Below, piece by piece: positions 37,106-46,456 of a stretch of DNA of 64,000 nt. A program made the translations under genes and the position numbers. The notes under the pieces were generated by a model. That model was not told the DNA's origin and searched no databases. It saw nothing but the letters and a program-made list of their open reading frames with translations. The DNA is taken from positions 1-64,000 of the forward strand of contig JBGQEL010000014.1 in the NCBI GenBank assembly GCA_041496385.1, read 5' to 3'. Source of the stretch: Candidatus Methylomirabilia bacterium (GTDB lineage: Bacteria > Methylomirabilota > Methylomirabilia > Rokubacteriales > CSP1-6). Positions within the stretch are counted from its first letter, which is position 1; the number at the start of each line of letters is the position of its first letter.

Positions 37106-37769
37106 GGTCAAGTTCGTCCGCGTTCCGCTCGCCGTCATCATACTGTCCACGCTCGCCACCGTCACGGCGGCCGGCGGGCAGACCCTGGACGACGTCGTCC
37201 GCGACGTGGAGGCCACCTACGCCCGGATGACCGATCTCCGGGCCGATTTCGCCCAGACGGCCTTCAACAAGAGCCTCAACCAGAACATCCCCGCGCAGGG
37301 CGCCGTCTTCTTGAAGAAGGGCGGCAAGCTGCGCTGGGAGTACAAGGAGCCGACGCCGCAGGAGATCGTGTCCGACGGCAAGAAGCTCTGGGTCTACACG
37401 CCCGCGCTGAACCAGGTCAACGTCGGCGAGGCGCCGGAGGCGCTCGCCGGTCCGGCCGGGAGCTTCCTCGCGGGGCTCGGCCGGCTCCGCGCCGAGTTCA
37501 CCGTCCGCTTCCTCAACCCGGCCCAGCCGCGCGACGCGGAGGGCAACTGGGTCCTCGACCTGACGCCCCGGCAGCCGTTGCCGACGCTCGCGCGGCTCGT
37601 CCTCGCGCTCGACGCCAGGACGTGGGAGATCCGGCGGGCGGTCGTGTACGATCAGTTCGAGAACACGGTCACGATGCGCTTCACGAAGGTCGCGATCAAC
37701 TCGAGCCTGCCCGATCGACTCTTCACCTTCGAGGTGCCGAAGGGCGTCGCGACGGTGCCGCTCCGATAG
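37104..37769 (+). CDS. lolA: Outer-membrane lipoprotein carrier LolA
   Basis: Signal peptide, [39 protein letters not shown]. Confidence 0.88.
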   Translation: MVKFVRVPLAVIILSTLATVTAAGGQTLDDVVRDVEATYARMTDLRADFAQTAFNKSLNQNIPAQGAVFLKKGGKLRWEYKEPTPQEIVSDGKKLWVYTPALNQVNVGEAPEALAGPAGSFLAGLGRLRAEFTVRFLNPAQPRDAEGNWVLDLTPRQPLPTLARLVLALDARTWEIRRAVVYDQFENTVTMRFTKVAINSSLPDRLFTFEVPKGVATVPLR

Positions 37770-37782
37770 ACAGGAGACACGG

Positions 37783-38280
37783 ATGGCCGCCGAGAACTCG
37801 TTCGACATCGCGTGCAAGATCGACATGCAGGAGGTCACCAACGGGCTCGACCAGGCGCGTCGTGAGATCGAGACGCGCTACGACCTCAAGGGCTCCAAGA
37901 ACGAGGTCGTGCTCGAGAAGACCGACATCACCGTGACGACCGCGGACGACATGAAGCTCAAGGCGGTCGTGGACATCCTCCAGTCGCGCCTGCACAAGCG
38001 CGGCGTCCCGCTGAAGGCGCTCACCTACGGCACGGTCGAGCAGGCCTCGGGCGGCGCGCTCCGGCAGAAGATCTCGCTGCAGCAGGGGATCCCGATCGAG
38101 AAGGCCAAAGAGATCGTCCGGATCATCAAGGACACGAAGCTGAAGGTCCAGGCCGCGATCCAGTCGGATCAGGTGCGCGTCTCGGGCAAGAGCCGCGACG
38201 ACCTGCAGAAGGTCATGGCGCTCCTGCGCGACAAAGACCTGGGCGTCGCGCTTCAGTTCACGAACTTCAGGAGCGTCTGA
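37783..38280 (+). CDS. yajQ: YajQ nucleotide/c-di-GMP-binding protein
   Basis: [47 protein letters not shown]. Confidence 0.93.
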   Translation: MAAENSFDIACKIDMQEVTNGLDQARREIETRYDLKGSKNEVVLEKTDITVTTADDMKLKAVVDILQSRLHKRGVPLKALTYGTVEQASGGALRQKISLQQGIPIEKAKEIVRIIKDTKLKVQAAIQSDQVRVSGKSRDDLQKVMALLRDKDLGVALQFTNFRSV

Positions 38281-38291
38281 GGGGAGCGGGT

Positions 38292-38633
38292 CTAGTCGGG
38301 GAGGCGCGCGGCCCGGGTCTCGGCGGTCTCGAGCCGGACGGACGCGAACTCGATCGCCACGCCCACCTTGCCGTCGAGGCGCTCGACCCGCACCACGCGG
38401 CCCTCCGCGGCGAGCTCGACGGGCGGCATCGTGGCCAGGTTGTTCAGCACGATCGACACCTTGACGATTGCGCCCGCGTCGAACGACCCGTCGGCCTCGA
38501 AGTAGAGGCCCGAGTTGCTGATGTTGCGGCCCTGGCCCTCGCCTTCCGGAATCTGGACGGGCCCTTCGAAGGGGTGTCGCGGCGCTCGGCTGTACTGGGA
38601 TTCGCCCTGGCTCATGGTCTGTCCTTCGATCAT
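38292..38633 (-). CDS. Stand-alone PilZ-domain protein
   Basis: RAPR, NISNSG, GRVVRV, GVAIEF. Confidence 0.8.
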   Translation of the reverse strand: MIEGQTMSQGESQYSRAPRHPFEGPVQIPEGEGQGRNISNSGLYFEADGSFDAGAIVKVSIVLNNLATMPPVELAAEGRVVRVERLDGKVGVAIEFASVRLETAETRAARLPD

Positions 38634-38662
38634 ACACGAACCGCTATAATGGGCGCCACGCC

Positions 38663-39976
38663 ATGAAGATCCACCTCACGACCCTCGGCTGCCCCAAGAA
38701 CCAGGTCGACTCCGAGCTGATGCTCGGGATGCTGACCGAGGCGGGCTTCCCGCTCGCCGAGCGGGCGGAGGACGCCGAGTGCCTGATCGTCAACACCTGC
38801 GCGTTCATCGACCGGGCGCGCGAGGAGTCGGTCAACACGATCCTCGAGCTGGCCAAGCTCAAGGAGGGCGGACGCTGCCGTGCGCTGATCGTCACGGGCT
38901 GCCTCACGCAGCGCTACGGCAGCGAGATCCTCCGCGAGCTGCCCGAGGTGGACGGGATCCTCGGCACCTCGAACCTCTCGCGCATCGTCGAGCTGGTCGG
39001 CCAGGCGGCGAACCGCCACGACTGGGCGACCTCGGCGCCGCCCGGCTACCTCTACGACGCCGCCACGCCGCGGCTGCTGACCGCGAAGGTCCCGTACGCC
39101 TACGTGAAGATCGCCGAGGGCTGCGACATGGGCTGTACCTTTTGCGCGATCCCGCAGTTTCGCGGTCGTCATCGGAGCCGCCCGCGCGCCGATATCGTGA
39201 AAGAGGTCGAGGGGCTCGCGGCGCGCGGGATCCAGGAGGCCATCCTGGTCTCGCAGGACACGCTGGCGTACGGGCGCGACCTGCCGGGCGGCGGCGACAT
39301 CGGCGACCTGCTCCAGGCGCTCGGCGAGACGCGGATGCCCTGGGTCCGGCCGATGTACCTGCACCCCGCGCACGTCAACGACCGCCTGATCGCGAAGTGG
39401 GCCCGTGCGCGCGTCGTCCCGTACCTCGACATGCCGGTGCAGCACGGCGACGACGCCATCTTGAAATCGATGCGCCGCGCGGTGACCGCCGCGCGCATGA
39501 AGGAGATCGTGCGCGCGTTCCGCGAGGCGATCCCCGGGCTCACCGTGCGCACGACCGTGCTCGTCGGCTTCCCGGGCGAGTCGGAGGCTGCGATGGAGAA
39601 CCTGTTCGCGCTCCTCGACGACGTCCGCTTCGACCGGCTGGGCGTCTTCACCTACTCGCCCGAGCAGGGGACGCCGTCGCCCGAGTACGCCGACCAGGTG
39701 CCCGCCGAGCTCGCGGCCGAGCGCGCGGCCCTCGTGCAGGAGTCCCAGGATCGCATCGCCTGGGAGGTCAACCGGAAGCTCGTGGGCTCGGTGGCCGACG
39801 TGCTCGTGGACGGCCCGAGCGAGGACTCCGCCTTCGCGTTCGAGGGCCGCACGGCCGGGCAGGCGCCCGAGATCGACGGCGTCGTGTATCTCCGCGGGAA
39901 GTTCCAGGCGGGACGCTTCGCGCGCGTGCGCGTCGTCGAGGTCGAGGGATACGAGCTCGTCGGCGAGCGCGCCTGA
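38663..39976 (+). CDS. rimO: Ribosomal protein S12 methylthiotransferase
   Basis: LGCPKNQVDSE, NTCAFI, CDMGCTFC radical-SAM motif, APEIDG TRAM domain. Confidence 0.95.
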   Translation: MKIHLTTLGCPKNQVDSELMLGMLTEAGFPLAERAEDAECLIVNTCAFIDRAREESVNTILELAKLKEGGRCRALIVTGCLTQRYGSEILRELPEVDGILGTSNLSRIVELVGQAANRHDWATSAPPGYLYDAATPRLLTAKVPYAYVKIAEGCDMGCTFCAIPQFRGRHRSRPRADIVKEVEGLAARGIQEAILVSQDTLAYGRDLPGGGDIGDLLQALGETRMPWVRPMYLHPAHVNDRLIAKWARARVVPYLDMPVQHGDDAILKSMRRAVTAARMKEIVRAFREAIPGLTVRTTVLVGFPGESEAAMENLFALLDDVRFDRLGVFTYSPEQGTPSPEYADQVPAELAAERAALVQESQDRIAWEVNRKLVGSVADVLVDGPSEDSAFAFEGRTAGQAPEIDGVVYLRGKFQAGRFARVRVVEVEGYELVGERA

Positions 39977-39980
39977 TCGC

Positions 39981-40427
39981 CTGGCGCTGATCGTCGCGAC
40001 GGTGGGCGGCGCCGGGTACGCGCCGGTGGCGCCGGGGACGGTCGGCAGCGCGCTCACGGTGCTCGTGCTCTGGCTCGTGCCCTTCTCGCTCGCGGGCCTC
40101 AGCGTCTTCCTGGTCGCCGTCACCGCCGCGGGTATCTGGGCCTCGCATCGCGCCGAGCGCCTGCTCGGCGCGACGGATCCGGGCGCCATCGTCATCGACG
40201 AGGTGGCGGGCATGACGCTCTCGGTGCTCCCGTTCGCGCTCACGCCCTGGACGCTCGCCGCCGGATTCGGGCTGTTCAGGATCTTCGACGTCCTCAAGCC
40301 CTTTCCCGCCAATGCGAGCCAGCGCCTGCCGGGCGGATTCGGCGTCGTGGTGGACGATCTGATCGCCGGCCTCTACGCGCTCGCCGTCCTCGGGCTCCTG
40401 CGCGCCCTCACGGGGTGGCCGGCATGA
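39981..40427 (+). CDS. pgpA: Phosphatidylglycerophosphatase A; start uncertain
   Basis: APGTVGS, DPGAIVIDEVAG, FRIFDVLKP, VDDLIAG. Confidence 0.9.
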   Translation: MALIVATVGGAGYAPVAPGTVGSALTVLVLWLVPFSLAGLSVFLVAVTAAGIWASHRAERLLGATDPGAIVIDEVAGMTLSVLPFALTPWTLAAGFGLFRIFDVLKPFPANASQRLPGGFGVVVDDLIAGLYALAVLGLLRALTGWPA

Positions 40428-41647
40428 CCGCGCACGTCGTGACGGTCGGCGTGCCCCCCGCGGCCGAGCTGCCCGACCTCGAGGGCGCCGCCGTGGCCGC
40501 GGCGCTCGCGGAAGCCGGCCTGCCGGTCGCCAGCCGCGTCGCGATCGAGGACGACGAGCCCGCCCTCGAGCGGGCGCTCGCCCCCGGCGACGGGCTCACG
40601 GTCGTCATCGCGGGCGCGGGCGCCGGCGACCTCGTGCGGCGCGTGCTCGCGCGCGCGATCGGCGCCCGGCTCGTCCTGAACGAGCGCTTCCTCGCGGCGC
40701 TCGAGGAACGCCATCGCCGACTCGACCGGCCGCTCCCGCGGCGGGCCGAGCGGCTCGCGCTCCTGCCGCAGGGCGCTCAGGCCTGGACCGCGGACGATGG
40801 CGAGCCTGGCTGGCTGGTCGAGGATGGCGCGCGCGCCTTCGCCGTGCTCGCGCGCGACGGTGGGCTCCGTGCCGTGCTCGCGCAGCACCTCGTGCCCTAC
40901 GCGCGTCTCCGCGCGGCGGGCCGCGGTGCCGTGATCGTCCGCACGCTCCGGACCGCCGGCGTGAGCGTGGGCGAGCTCGAGGAGCGGCTCGCCGCGTGGC
41001 TCGGCCAGCCCGAGAGCCGCACGGGCGAGGTCGCCGTGACACTCCTGCCGGGTGAAGGCGAGGCGTGGGTGAGGCTGCGCGCGCGGGGCGCGGACGCCGC
41101 CCGCGCGCTCGCGCGCGTGGAGACCTCGATGGCGGCGGCGCTCGGCGACGACTGCTACGGGCGCGACGCCGAGACGCTCGAGCTCGTCGTCGGCCGGATG
41201 CTCCGCGAGCGCCGCCTCACGCTGGCCGTCGCCGAGTCCTGCACGGGCGGCCTTCTCGGTCACCGGCTCACGAGCGTCGGGGGCTCGTCGGCGTACTTCG
41301 AGCGCGGCGTCCTCGTCTACTCCAACCGCGCCAAGGAGGAGCTGCTCGGCGTCCCCGCCGAGATCCTGCGCGTCCACGGCGCCGTCAGCGCGCCCTGCGC
41401 CGAGGCGATGGCGCGCGGCATCGCCTCGCGCGCGGGCACCGCGTGCGCGCTCGCGATCACCGGCATCGCGGGTCCCGACGGCGGCACCCCGACGAAGCCC
41501 GTGGGCACCGTCTTCGTCGGGCTCGCGGTGGACGGGCACGCGAGCGCGCGGCGCTTTCGGTTTCTGGGCGACCGCGCCTCGGTGAAGTGGCAGTCCACGC
41601 AGGCGGCGTTTGATATGCTGCGGCGGGCACTGAAAGGACGCGCATGA
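40424..41647 (+). CDS. cinA: CinA-like protein: degenerate N-terminal domain + NMN deamidase (PncC) domain
   Basis: AVAESCTGG, YSNRAK, HGAVS, ITGIAGPDGG..KPVGTV. Confidence 0.88.
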   Translation: MTAHVVTVGVPPAAELPDLEGAAVAAALAEAGLPVASRVAIEDDEPALERALAPGDGLTVVIAGAGAGDLVRRVLARAIGARLVLNERFLAALEERHRRLDRPLPRRAERLALLPQGAQAWTADDGEPGWLVEDGARAFAVLARDGGLRAVLAQHLVPYARLRAAGRGAVIVRTLRTAGVSVGELEERLAAWLGQPESRTGEVAVTLLPGEGEAWVRLRARGADAARALARVETSMAAALGDDCYGRDAETLELVVGRMLRERRLTLAVAESCTGGLLGHRLTSVGGSSAYFERGVLVYSNRAKEELLGVPAEILRVHGAVSAPCAEAMARGIASRAGTACALAITGIAGPDGGTPTKPVGTVFVGLAVDGHASARRFRFLGDRASVKWQSTQAAFDMLRRALKGRA

Positions 41648-42552
41648 GGGCCCTGGCGGTCGCCATCCTCCTGATCGTTCTTGCGGGCTGCGCGGGAGGC
41701 GGTCCCTTCGAGCGTGGCCTGGCGCTCTATCGCGCGGGGCAGTACACGCAGGCCAGGGCCGCCTTCGACGAGGCAATTGCCCGTGCGCCCGGCTCCGCGG
41801 CCGCCTACAGCAACCGGGGCATCACGCGCGCGCGTCTCGACGACCTCGACGGCGCCATCCAGGACTACACGCGCGCGCTCGATCTCGCCCCCGGCGACGC
41901 CGAGGTGCTCTACAACCGCGGCAACGCACACGTCGCCCGGCGCGACTACCCGGCCGCGATCGCCGACTTCTCCGAGGCGCTCCGAGCCAAGCCGGGCCTG
42001 GACAAGGCGCTCTTCAACCGGGGCACGGCGCGCGGCCTCGCGGGTGACGCCGAGGGCGGCCGCGCCGACTGGCTCCGGGCGATCGAGCTGGAGCCCGATC
42101 GGGCGCAGAAGAGCGCGATGCGCCAGCGCGCGGGCCTGGCCCCCCAGCCGGCCGCCGCCGCGCCTTCCGCAACGCCTTCGCCGCCGCCGGTCACACCGCC
42201 CGCGCCGCCTCCGGCCGCCGCAGCGCCGCCGCCACCTGCCGCGCCGGCCGCCGTGGCGCCATCGGCCGTTGCCACGCCGGCTCCCGCACCGATGGCGCCG
42301 CCGGTGACCCCGGCGCCCGCGCCAGCCTCACCCGCGCCCGCCGCGCCCGCCGCAGCGCCGCCCACCGCGGCAGCGCCCCCGGCGGACACGCTCGACGCGC
42401 GCGAGCTGGCCAGCCGCGCGCTGGGGCGCGAGCTCCAGGGTGATCGCAAGGGCGCGCTCGACGATCTGCGCGCCGCGCTCGCGAAGGAGACGGATCCCGA
42501 GCGGCGCCTGGGCATCCAGAACCTGCTCCGCCTGCTGGAAGGTACCCGATAG
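41644..42552 (+). CDS. TPR-repeat lipoprotein with Pro/Ala-rich linker
   Basis: Lipobox LAG|C, repeated Y.NRG TPR helices, low-complexity P/A tract ~42140-42385. Confidence 0.85.
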   Translation: MRALAVAILLIVLAGCAGGGPFERGLALYRAGQYTQARAAFDEAIARAPGSAAAYSNRGITRARLDDLDGAIQDYTRALDLAPGDAEVLYNRGNAHVARRDYPAAIADFSEALRAKPGLDKALFNRGTARGLAGDAEGGRADWLRAIELEPDRAQKSAMRQRAGLAPQPAAAAPSATPSPPPVTPPAPPPAAAAPPPPAAPAAVAPSAVATPAPAPMAPPVTPAPAPASPAPAAPAAAPPTAAAPPADTLDARELASRALGRELQGDRKGALDDLRAALAKETDPERRLGIQNLLRLLEGTR

Positions 42553-43115
42553 CGTCGATCCGCGCCTTCGTCGCGGTCCTCCTCGACGACGGCGTGCGGG
42601 CGGCCCTCGGCGTCGCCATCGCGCGGCTGCGCGGCGTGGCTCGCGAGGTCGCCTGGGTTGCGCCCGAGAACCTGCACCTCACGCTCAAGTTCCTGGGCCA
42701 GGTGGAGGAGGCGCGTCTGGCGCCTCTCGCGATGGCGCTCCAGGCCGCCGCCGCCGGCCTGCCGGCCTTCGACGCGAGCGTCGCCGGACTGGGCGCCTTC
42801 CCCTCCGCGACGCGGCCGCGCGTCGTCTGGGCGGGCGTGCGCGAGGGCGCCGGGACGACGACCGCGCTGGCCGAGCGCGTGGAGCGCGCCTGCGCCGGGC
42901 TGGGACTGGCACCCGAGACGCGCCCGTTTTCGCCCCACATCACCCTCGGGCGCGTCCGCGTCCCGCGACGGAATCCACGGCTCACCGATCTGCTGGCCGC
43001 CGGGGCGGGGGAGGAATTCGGGCGCATTCGCGTCGGAAGCCTCGTCCTGATGGAGAGCCGGCTCTCGCCGCAGGGCGCTCGCTACGGCGAGCGTGCGCGC
43101 GCGAGCCTCGGGTGA
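42549..43115 (+). CDS. thpR: RNA 2',3'-cyclic phosphodiesterase (2H family)
   Basis: [15 protein letters not shown] and HITLGR 2H motifs; start probably ATA 42549. Confidence 0.9.
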   Translation: MASIRAFVAVLLDDGVRAALGVAIARLRGVAREVAWVAPENLHLTLKFLGQVEEARLAPLAMALQAAAAGLPAFDASVAGLGAFPSATRPRVVWAGVREGAGTTTALAERVERACAGLGLAPETRPFSPHITLGRVRVPRRNPRLTDLLAAGAGEEFGRIRVGSLVLMESRLSPQGARYGERARASLG

Positions 43116-43144
43116 GGCCGGCGCGCCGTCAGGATTCCTGGACA

Positions 43145-43174
43145 TTGACGCCGTCCCCCCGCGACTCCTAGAAT
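43145..43174 (+). promoter_or_regulatory. recA sigma70 promoter
   Basis: TTGACG-N18-TAGAAT, AAGGAG RBS. Confidence 0.6.
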
Positions 43175-43204
43175 GCTCGCAACGGCCCACACAAGGAGAC
43201 GCGC

Positions 43205-45286
43205 ATGGCGGAAGTGAAGATCGACCGGAAGCAAGCTCTGGAGCTGGCGATCGCGCAGATCGAGCGGCAGTTCGGCAAGGGGTCTGTCATGCGTCTGGGC
43301 GCGGGCGGCCCGCTCGAGGAGATCGCCACGATCCCGACGGGCGCCCTGCCGCTCGACGTGGCCCTCGGGATCGGCGGCCTGCCGCGCGGACGCGTCACCG
43401 AGATCTACGGGCCGGAGTCGTCGGGCAAGACCACGCTCGCGCTCCACGTCATCGCGGAGGCGCAACGGCTCGGCGGCATCGCGGCCTTCATCGACGCCGA
43501 GCACGCGCTCGACCCCATCTACGCCAAGAAGCTCGGCGTCAATACCGACGAGCTGCTCATCTCGCAGCCGGACACGGGCGAGCAGGCGCTCGAGATCACC
43601 GAGACGCTCGTGCGCTCGAACGCGGTGGACGTGATCGTCATCGACTCCGTGGCGGCGCTCGTGCCGCGCGCCGAGCTCGACGGCGACATGGGCGACTCGC
43701 TCCCGGGCCTCCAGGCGCGCCTCATGTCGCAGGCGCTGCGCAAGCTCACCGCCGCCATCTCGCGCTCCGGCGCCGTCGTGATCTTCATCAACCAGATCCG
43801 CGAGAAGATAGGTGTCATGTTCGGGTGTCTGCACTACTCCACGCGGGTGGCGCTCGCCGACGGAACGAGTATGAAGATCGGCCGGATCGTGAACCAGCGG
43901 TTGCCCGTCGACGTGCTGTCGTGGGATCCCGCAACGGGGCGCATCGAACCCCGTCGCGTCGTCAACTGGTTCGACAATGGCCGCACCGATCGCTTCCTCC
44001 AGTTCGAGGTCGAGGGTGGACGCTCGGGCCGCCGCCGGTTCGCCGTGACCGAAAACCACGTCATCTTCGCGCCGATGGGGCGGGTCCGTGCGGGCGATCT
44101 CGCGGTCGGCGACGAGGTGCTCGCCGCCGTCAGAGACTTTCGGCTCACCGACGACCAGTGGCAGCTCGTCCTCGGCGGGAGCTTCGGTGACGGCTCGCTC
44201 CGCAAGGTCGGCACCCACGCCGCGCACTTCCGGGTCGGCCACGGTGAAGAGCAGAAGGACTACCTCCGCTGGAAGCACGAGATGCTCGCGCCGTTCGCCG
44301 GGGCCATCAAGCGCACGGGGAACGGCTGGGGCTTTGACACGCTTGCCATGCCGGCGTTCGCTGACATCCGTAGTGCGTACTACGGCGAGACTGGGCGGGT
44401 CGCGTCGGACCAGGTGCTGGATCGTCTGGACGCGCGCGGCCTCGCAGTCTGGTACGGCGACGACGGCTCGTTCTCGGGATCGTACGCGCGCTGGGGGAAG
44501 GGCAAGGCGGTCCTCTACAACACGGCGCTCACCGGCGAGTCGCGTGCGCGGGTCAGCGCGCTCTTCGAACGCCTCGGGATCGGCAGGCCTCGGGACGACG
44601 GCCGCGGGTTCTGGTTCGACTCGGAACAGACGGGGCGGCTCCACGCCCTCATCGCGCCGTATCTCCATCCATGCCTGGACTACAAGCTGCATCCGACCGT
44701 GCGGGGGCGGTTCGCCTGGCATCCGGTGCTCGAGGTTCCCGAGCTCAAGGACCGTGAGGTGCGACGGGCCGTGCCGGCACGCATCCTCAAGAAGTATGTC
44801 AAGCCATCCACGCGCTCGACGCACCGCTTCGACCTCGAGGTCGAAGGTCACCATACCTACCTGGCCGACGGCGTCGTTGTCCACAACTCGCCGGAAACGA
44901 CGTCGGGCGGGCGTGCGCTGAAGTTCTACGCATCGGTGCGGCTCGACATCCGACGCCAGGAAGCGATCAAGCAGGGCACGGAGTCGCTCGGCGTCCGCAC
45001 GAAGGTGAAGGTCGTGAAGAACAAGCTCGCGCCGCCGTTCCGCGAGGCCGAGTTCGACGTCATCTACGGCGAGGGCATCTCGCGCTCCGGCACCATCCTC
45101 GACGCGGGCGTCGAGCAGAGCGTCATCGAAAAGTCGGGAACCTGGTACACCTACAAGAACGAGCGGATCGGGCAGGGACGCGAGAACGCGAAGCGGTGGC
45201 TGCAGGAGAACCCGGTGGTGCTCACCGATCTCGAGGCCAAGATCAGAGAGACGCTCGGGCTCCGCCCGGTCGCGTCGCTCAAGTAG
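43205..45286 (+). CDS. recA: RecA precursor containing an intein (339-aa extein + 354-aa intein)
   Basis: [58 protein letters not shown]. Confidence 0.97.
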   Translation: MAEVKIDRKQALELAIAQIERQFGKGSVMRLGAGGPLEEIATIPTGALPLDVALGIGGLPRGRVTEIYGPESSGKTTLALHVIAEAQRLGGIAAFIDAEHALDPIYAKKLGVNTDELLISQPDTGEQALEITETLVRSNAVDVIVIDSVAALVPRAELDGDMGDSLPGLQARLMSQALRKLTAAISRSGAVVIFINQIREKIGVMFGCLHYSTRVALADGTSMKIGRIVNQRLPVDVLSWDPATGRIEPRRVVNWFDNGRTDRFLQFEVEGGRSGRRRFAVTENHVIFAPMGRVRAGDLAVGDEVLAAVRDFRLTDDQWQLVLGGSFGDGSLRKVGTHAAHFRVGHGEEQKDYLRWKHEMLAPFAGAIKRTGNGWGFDTLAMPAFADIRSAYYGETGRVASDQVLDRLDARGLAVWYGDDGSFSGSYARWGKGKAVLYNTALTGESRARVSALFERLGIGRPRDDGRGFWFDSEQTGRLHALIAPYLHPCLDYKLHPTVRGRFAWHPVLEVPELKDREVRRAVPARILKKYVKPSTRSTHRFDLEVEGHHTYLADGVVVHNSPETTSGGRALKFYASVRLDIRRQEAIKQGTESLGVRTKVKVVKNKLAPPFREAEFDVIYGEGISRSGTILDAGVEQSVIEKSGTWYTYKNERIGQGRENAKRWLQENPVVLTDLEAKIRETLGLRPVASLK
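43826..44887 (+). mobile_element. Intein with LAGLIDADG homing endonuclease, inserted after Gly207
   Basis: Starts C-LHYSTRV, block B TENH, LAGLIDADG-like [10 protein letters not shown] and LAVWYGDDG, block F FDLEV, ends VVHN|S. Confidence 0.95.
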
Positions 45287-45295
45287 GAGTCCCTC

Positions 45296-46456
45296 ATGGC
45301 GATCGACTTCGACAAGCTCCTGGTGACCGGGGTCGAGCGCGGCGCGTCCGACCTCCACCTCAAGCCCGGCGCCCCGCCGATTCTCCGGATCCACGGCCGG
45401 CTCGTGCCCCAGGCCGACCTCGGCGTGATCGGGGCCGAGGAGATGGACGCGATCGCGAAGAAGTGCCTGCACGAGCGCTTCTACTCCCAGCTGAAGGACG
45501 GCAAGGAAGTTGATACCGCGTACGCCGTGCCGAACTTCGGCCGCTTCCGCGTCAACATGTTCCTGTCGCTCGGCAACGTCCGCGCCGTCCTCCGCTCGAT
45601 CCCGTCCAAGAAGCCGAAGTTCGAGGAGCTGGGCCTGCCGGTCGTGCTCGAAGAGCTCGCCATGGAGCGCCGCGGCATGATCCTCGTCACCGGCATCACC
45701 GGCTCGGGGAAATCGACGTCGCTCGCAGCGATGATCGACTTCATCAACCGTACCCGGAACGATCACATCATCACCATCGAAGACCCGATCGAGTTCACGC
45801 ACGAGGACATCAACTGCGTGATCAGCCAGCGCGAGATCGGCCACGACACGGGGAGCTTCGCGACGGCGCTCCGCGCCGCCCTCCGTGAGGACCCGGACGT
45901 CATTCTCGTCGGCGAGATGCGCGACCCCGAGACGATGTCCGTCGCCCTGCACGCCGCGGAGACCGGTCACCTCGTCTTCTCGACCCTCCACACCCTGAAC
46001 GCGGCGGAGACGGTCAACCGTATCATCGGCACTTTCCCGCCCCACCAGGAGCAGCAGATCCGCGACCAGCTCGCGGCGGTCATCGTCGGCGTCGTCTCGC
46101 AGCGCCTCATCCCGAAGATCGGCGGCGAGGGGCGCATCCCCGCGGTCGAGGTGCTCGTGGGGACGGCCGCCATCAAGGACTGCGTCCGCGACGCAAAGCG
46201 CACGCCGGAGATCGGGACGTTCATCGCCCAGGGCCAGTCGCAGTACGGGATGCAGACCTTCGACCAGTGCCTGCTCAAGCTCTATCGCGAGGGCATGATC
46301 TCGTACGAGACCGCGCGCGAGGCCGCGACGAACGCGGACGATTTCGACCTCAAGGTGCGCGGCATCTTCTCGACGGGCGAGCAGTCCTTCGAGCAGCAGA
46401 AGAAGGAGGAGCGGCCCGTCGTCCAGGCCTCCGGCAGCTCCTTCTTCAAGCGATAG
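45296..46456 (+). CDS. pilT: Type IV pilus retraction ATPase (PilT/PilU family)
   Basis: ASDLHL, GITGSGKST, TIEDPIE, ALREDPD, AETGHLVFSTLHT, GMQTFDQ. Confidence 0.92.
   Translation: MAIDFDKLLVTGVERGASDLHLKPGAPPILRIHGRLVPQADLGVIGAEEMDAIAKKCLHERFYSQLKDGKEVDTAYAVPNFGRFRVNMFLSLGNVRAVLRSIPSKKPKFEELGLPVVLEELAMERRGMILVTGITGSGKSTSLAAMIDFINRTRNDHIITIEDPIEFTHEDINCVISQREIGHDTGSFATALRAALREDPDVILVGEMRDPETMSVALHAAETGHLVFSTLHTLNAAETVNRIIGTFPPHQEQQIRDQLAAVIVGVVSQRLIPKIGGEGRIPAVEVLVGTAAIKDCVRDAKRTPEIGTFIAQGQSQYGMQTFDQCLLKLYREGMISYETAREAATNADDFDLKVRGIFSTGEQSFEQQKKEERPVVQASGSSFFKR

Noticed and set aside
43125..43204. LexA box upstream of recA; caggattcctg near-palindrome; gccgtcagga shared with the rnj upstream region
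   Set aside because: No match to CTG-N10-CAG or GAAC-N4-GTTC; short GC-rich matches are plausible by chance
45296..46456. pilT between recA and recX as a novel arrangement
   Set aside because: recA-pilT-recX-alaS order is, to my recollection, already seen in deltaproteobacterial-type genomes
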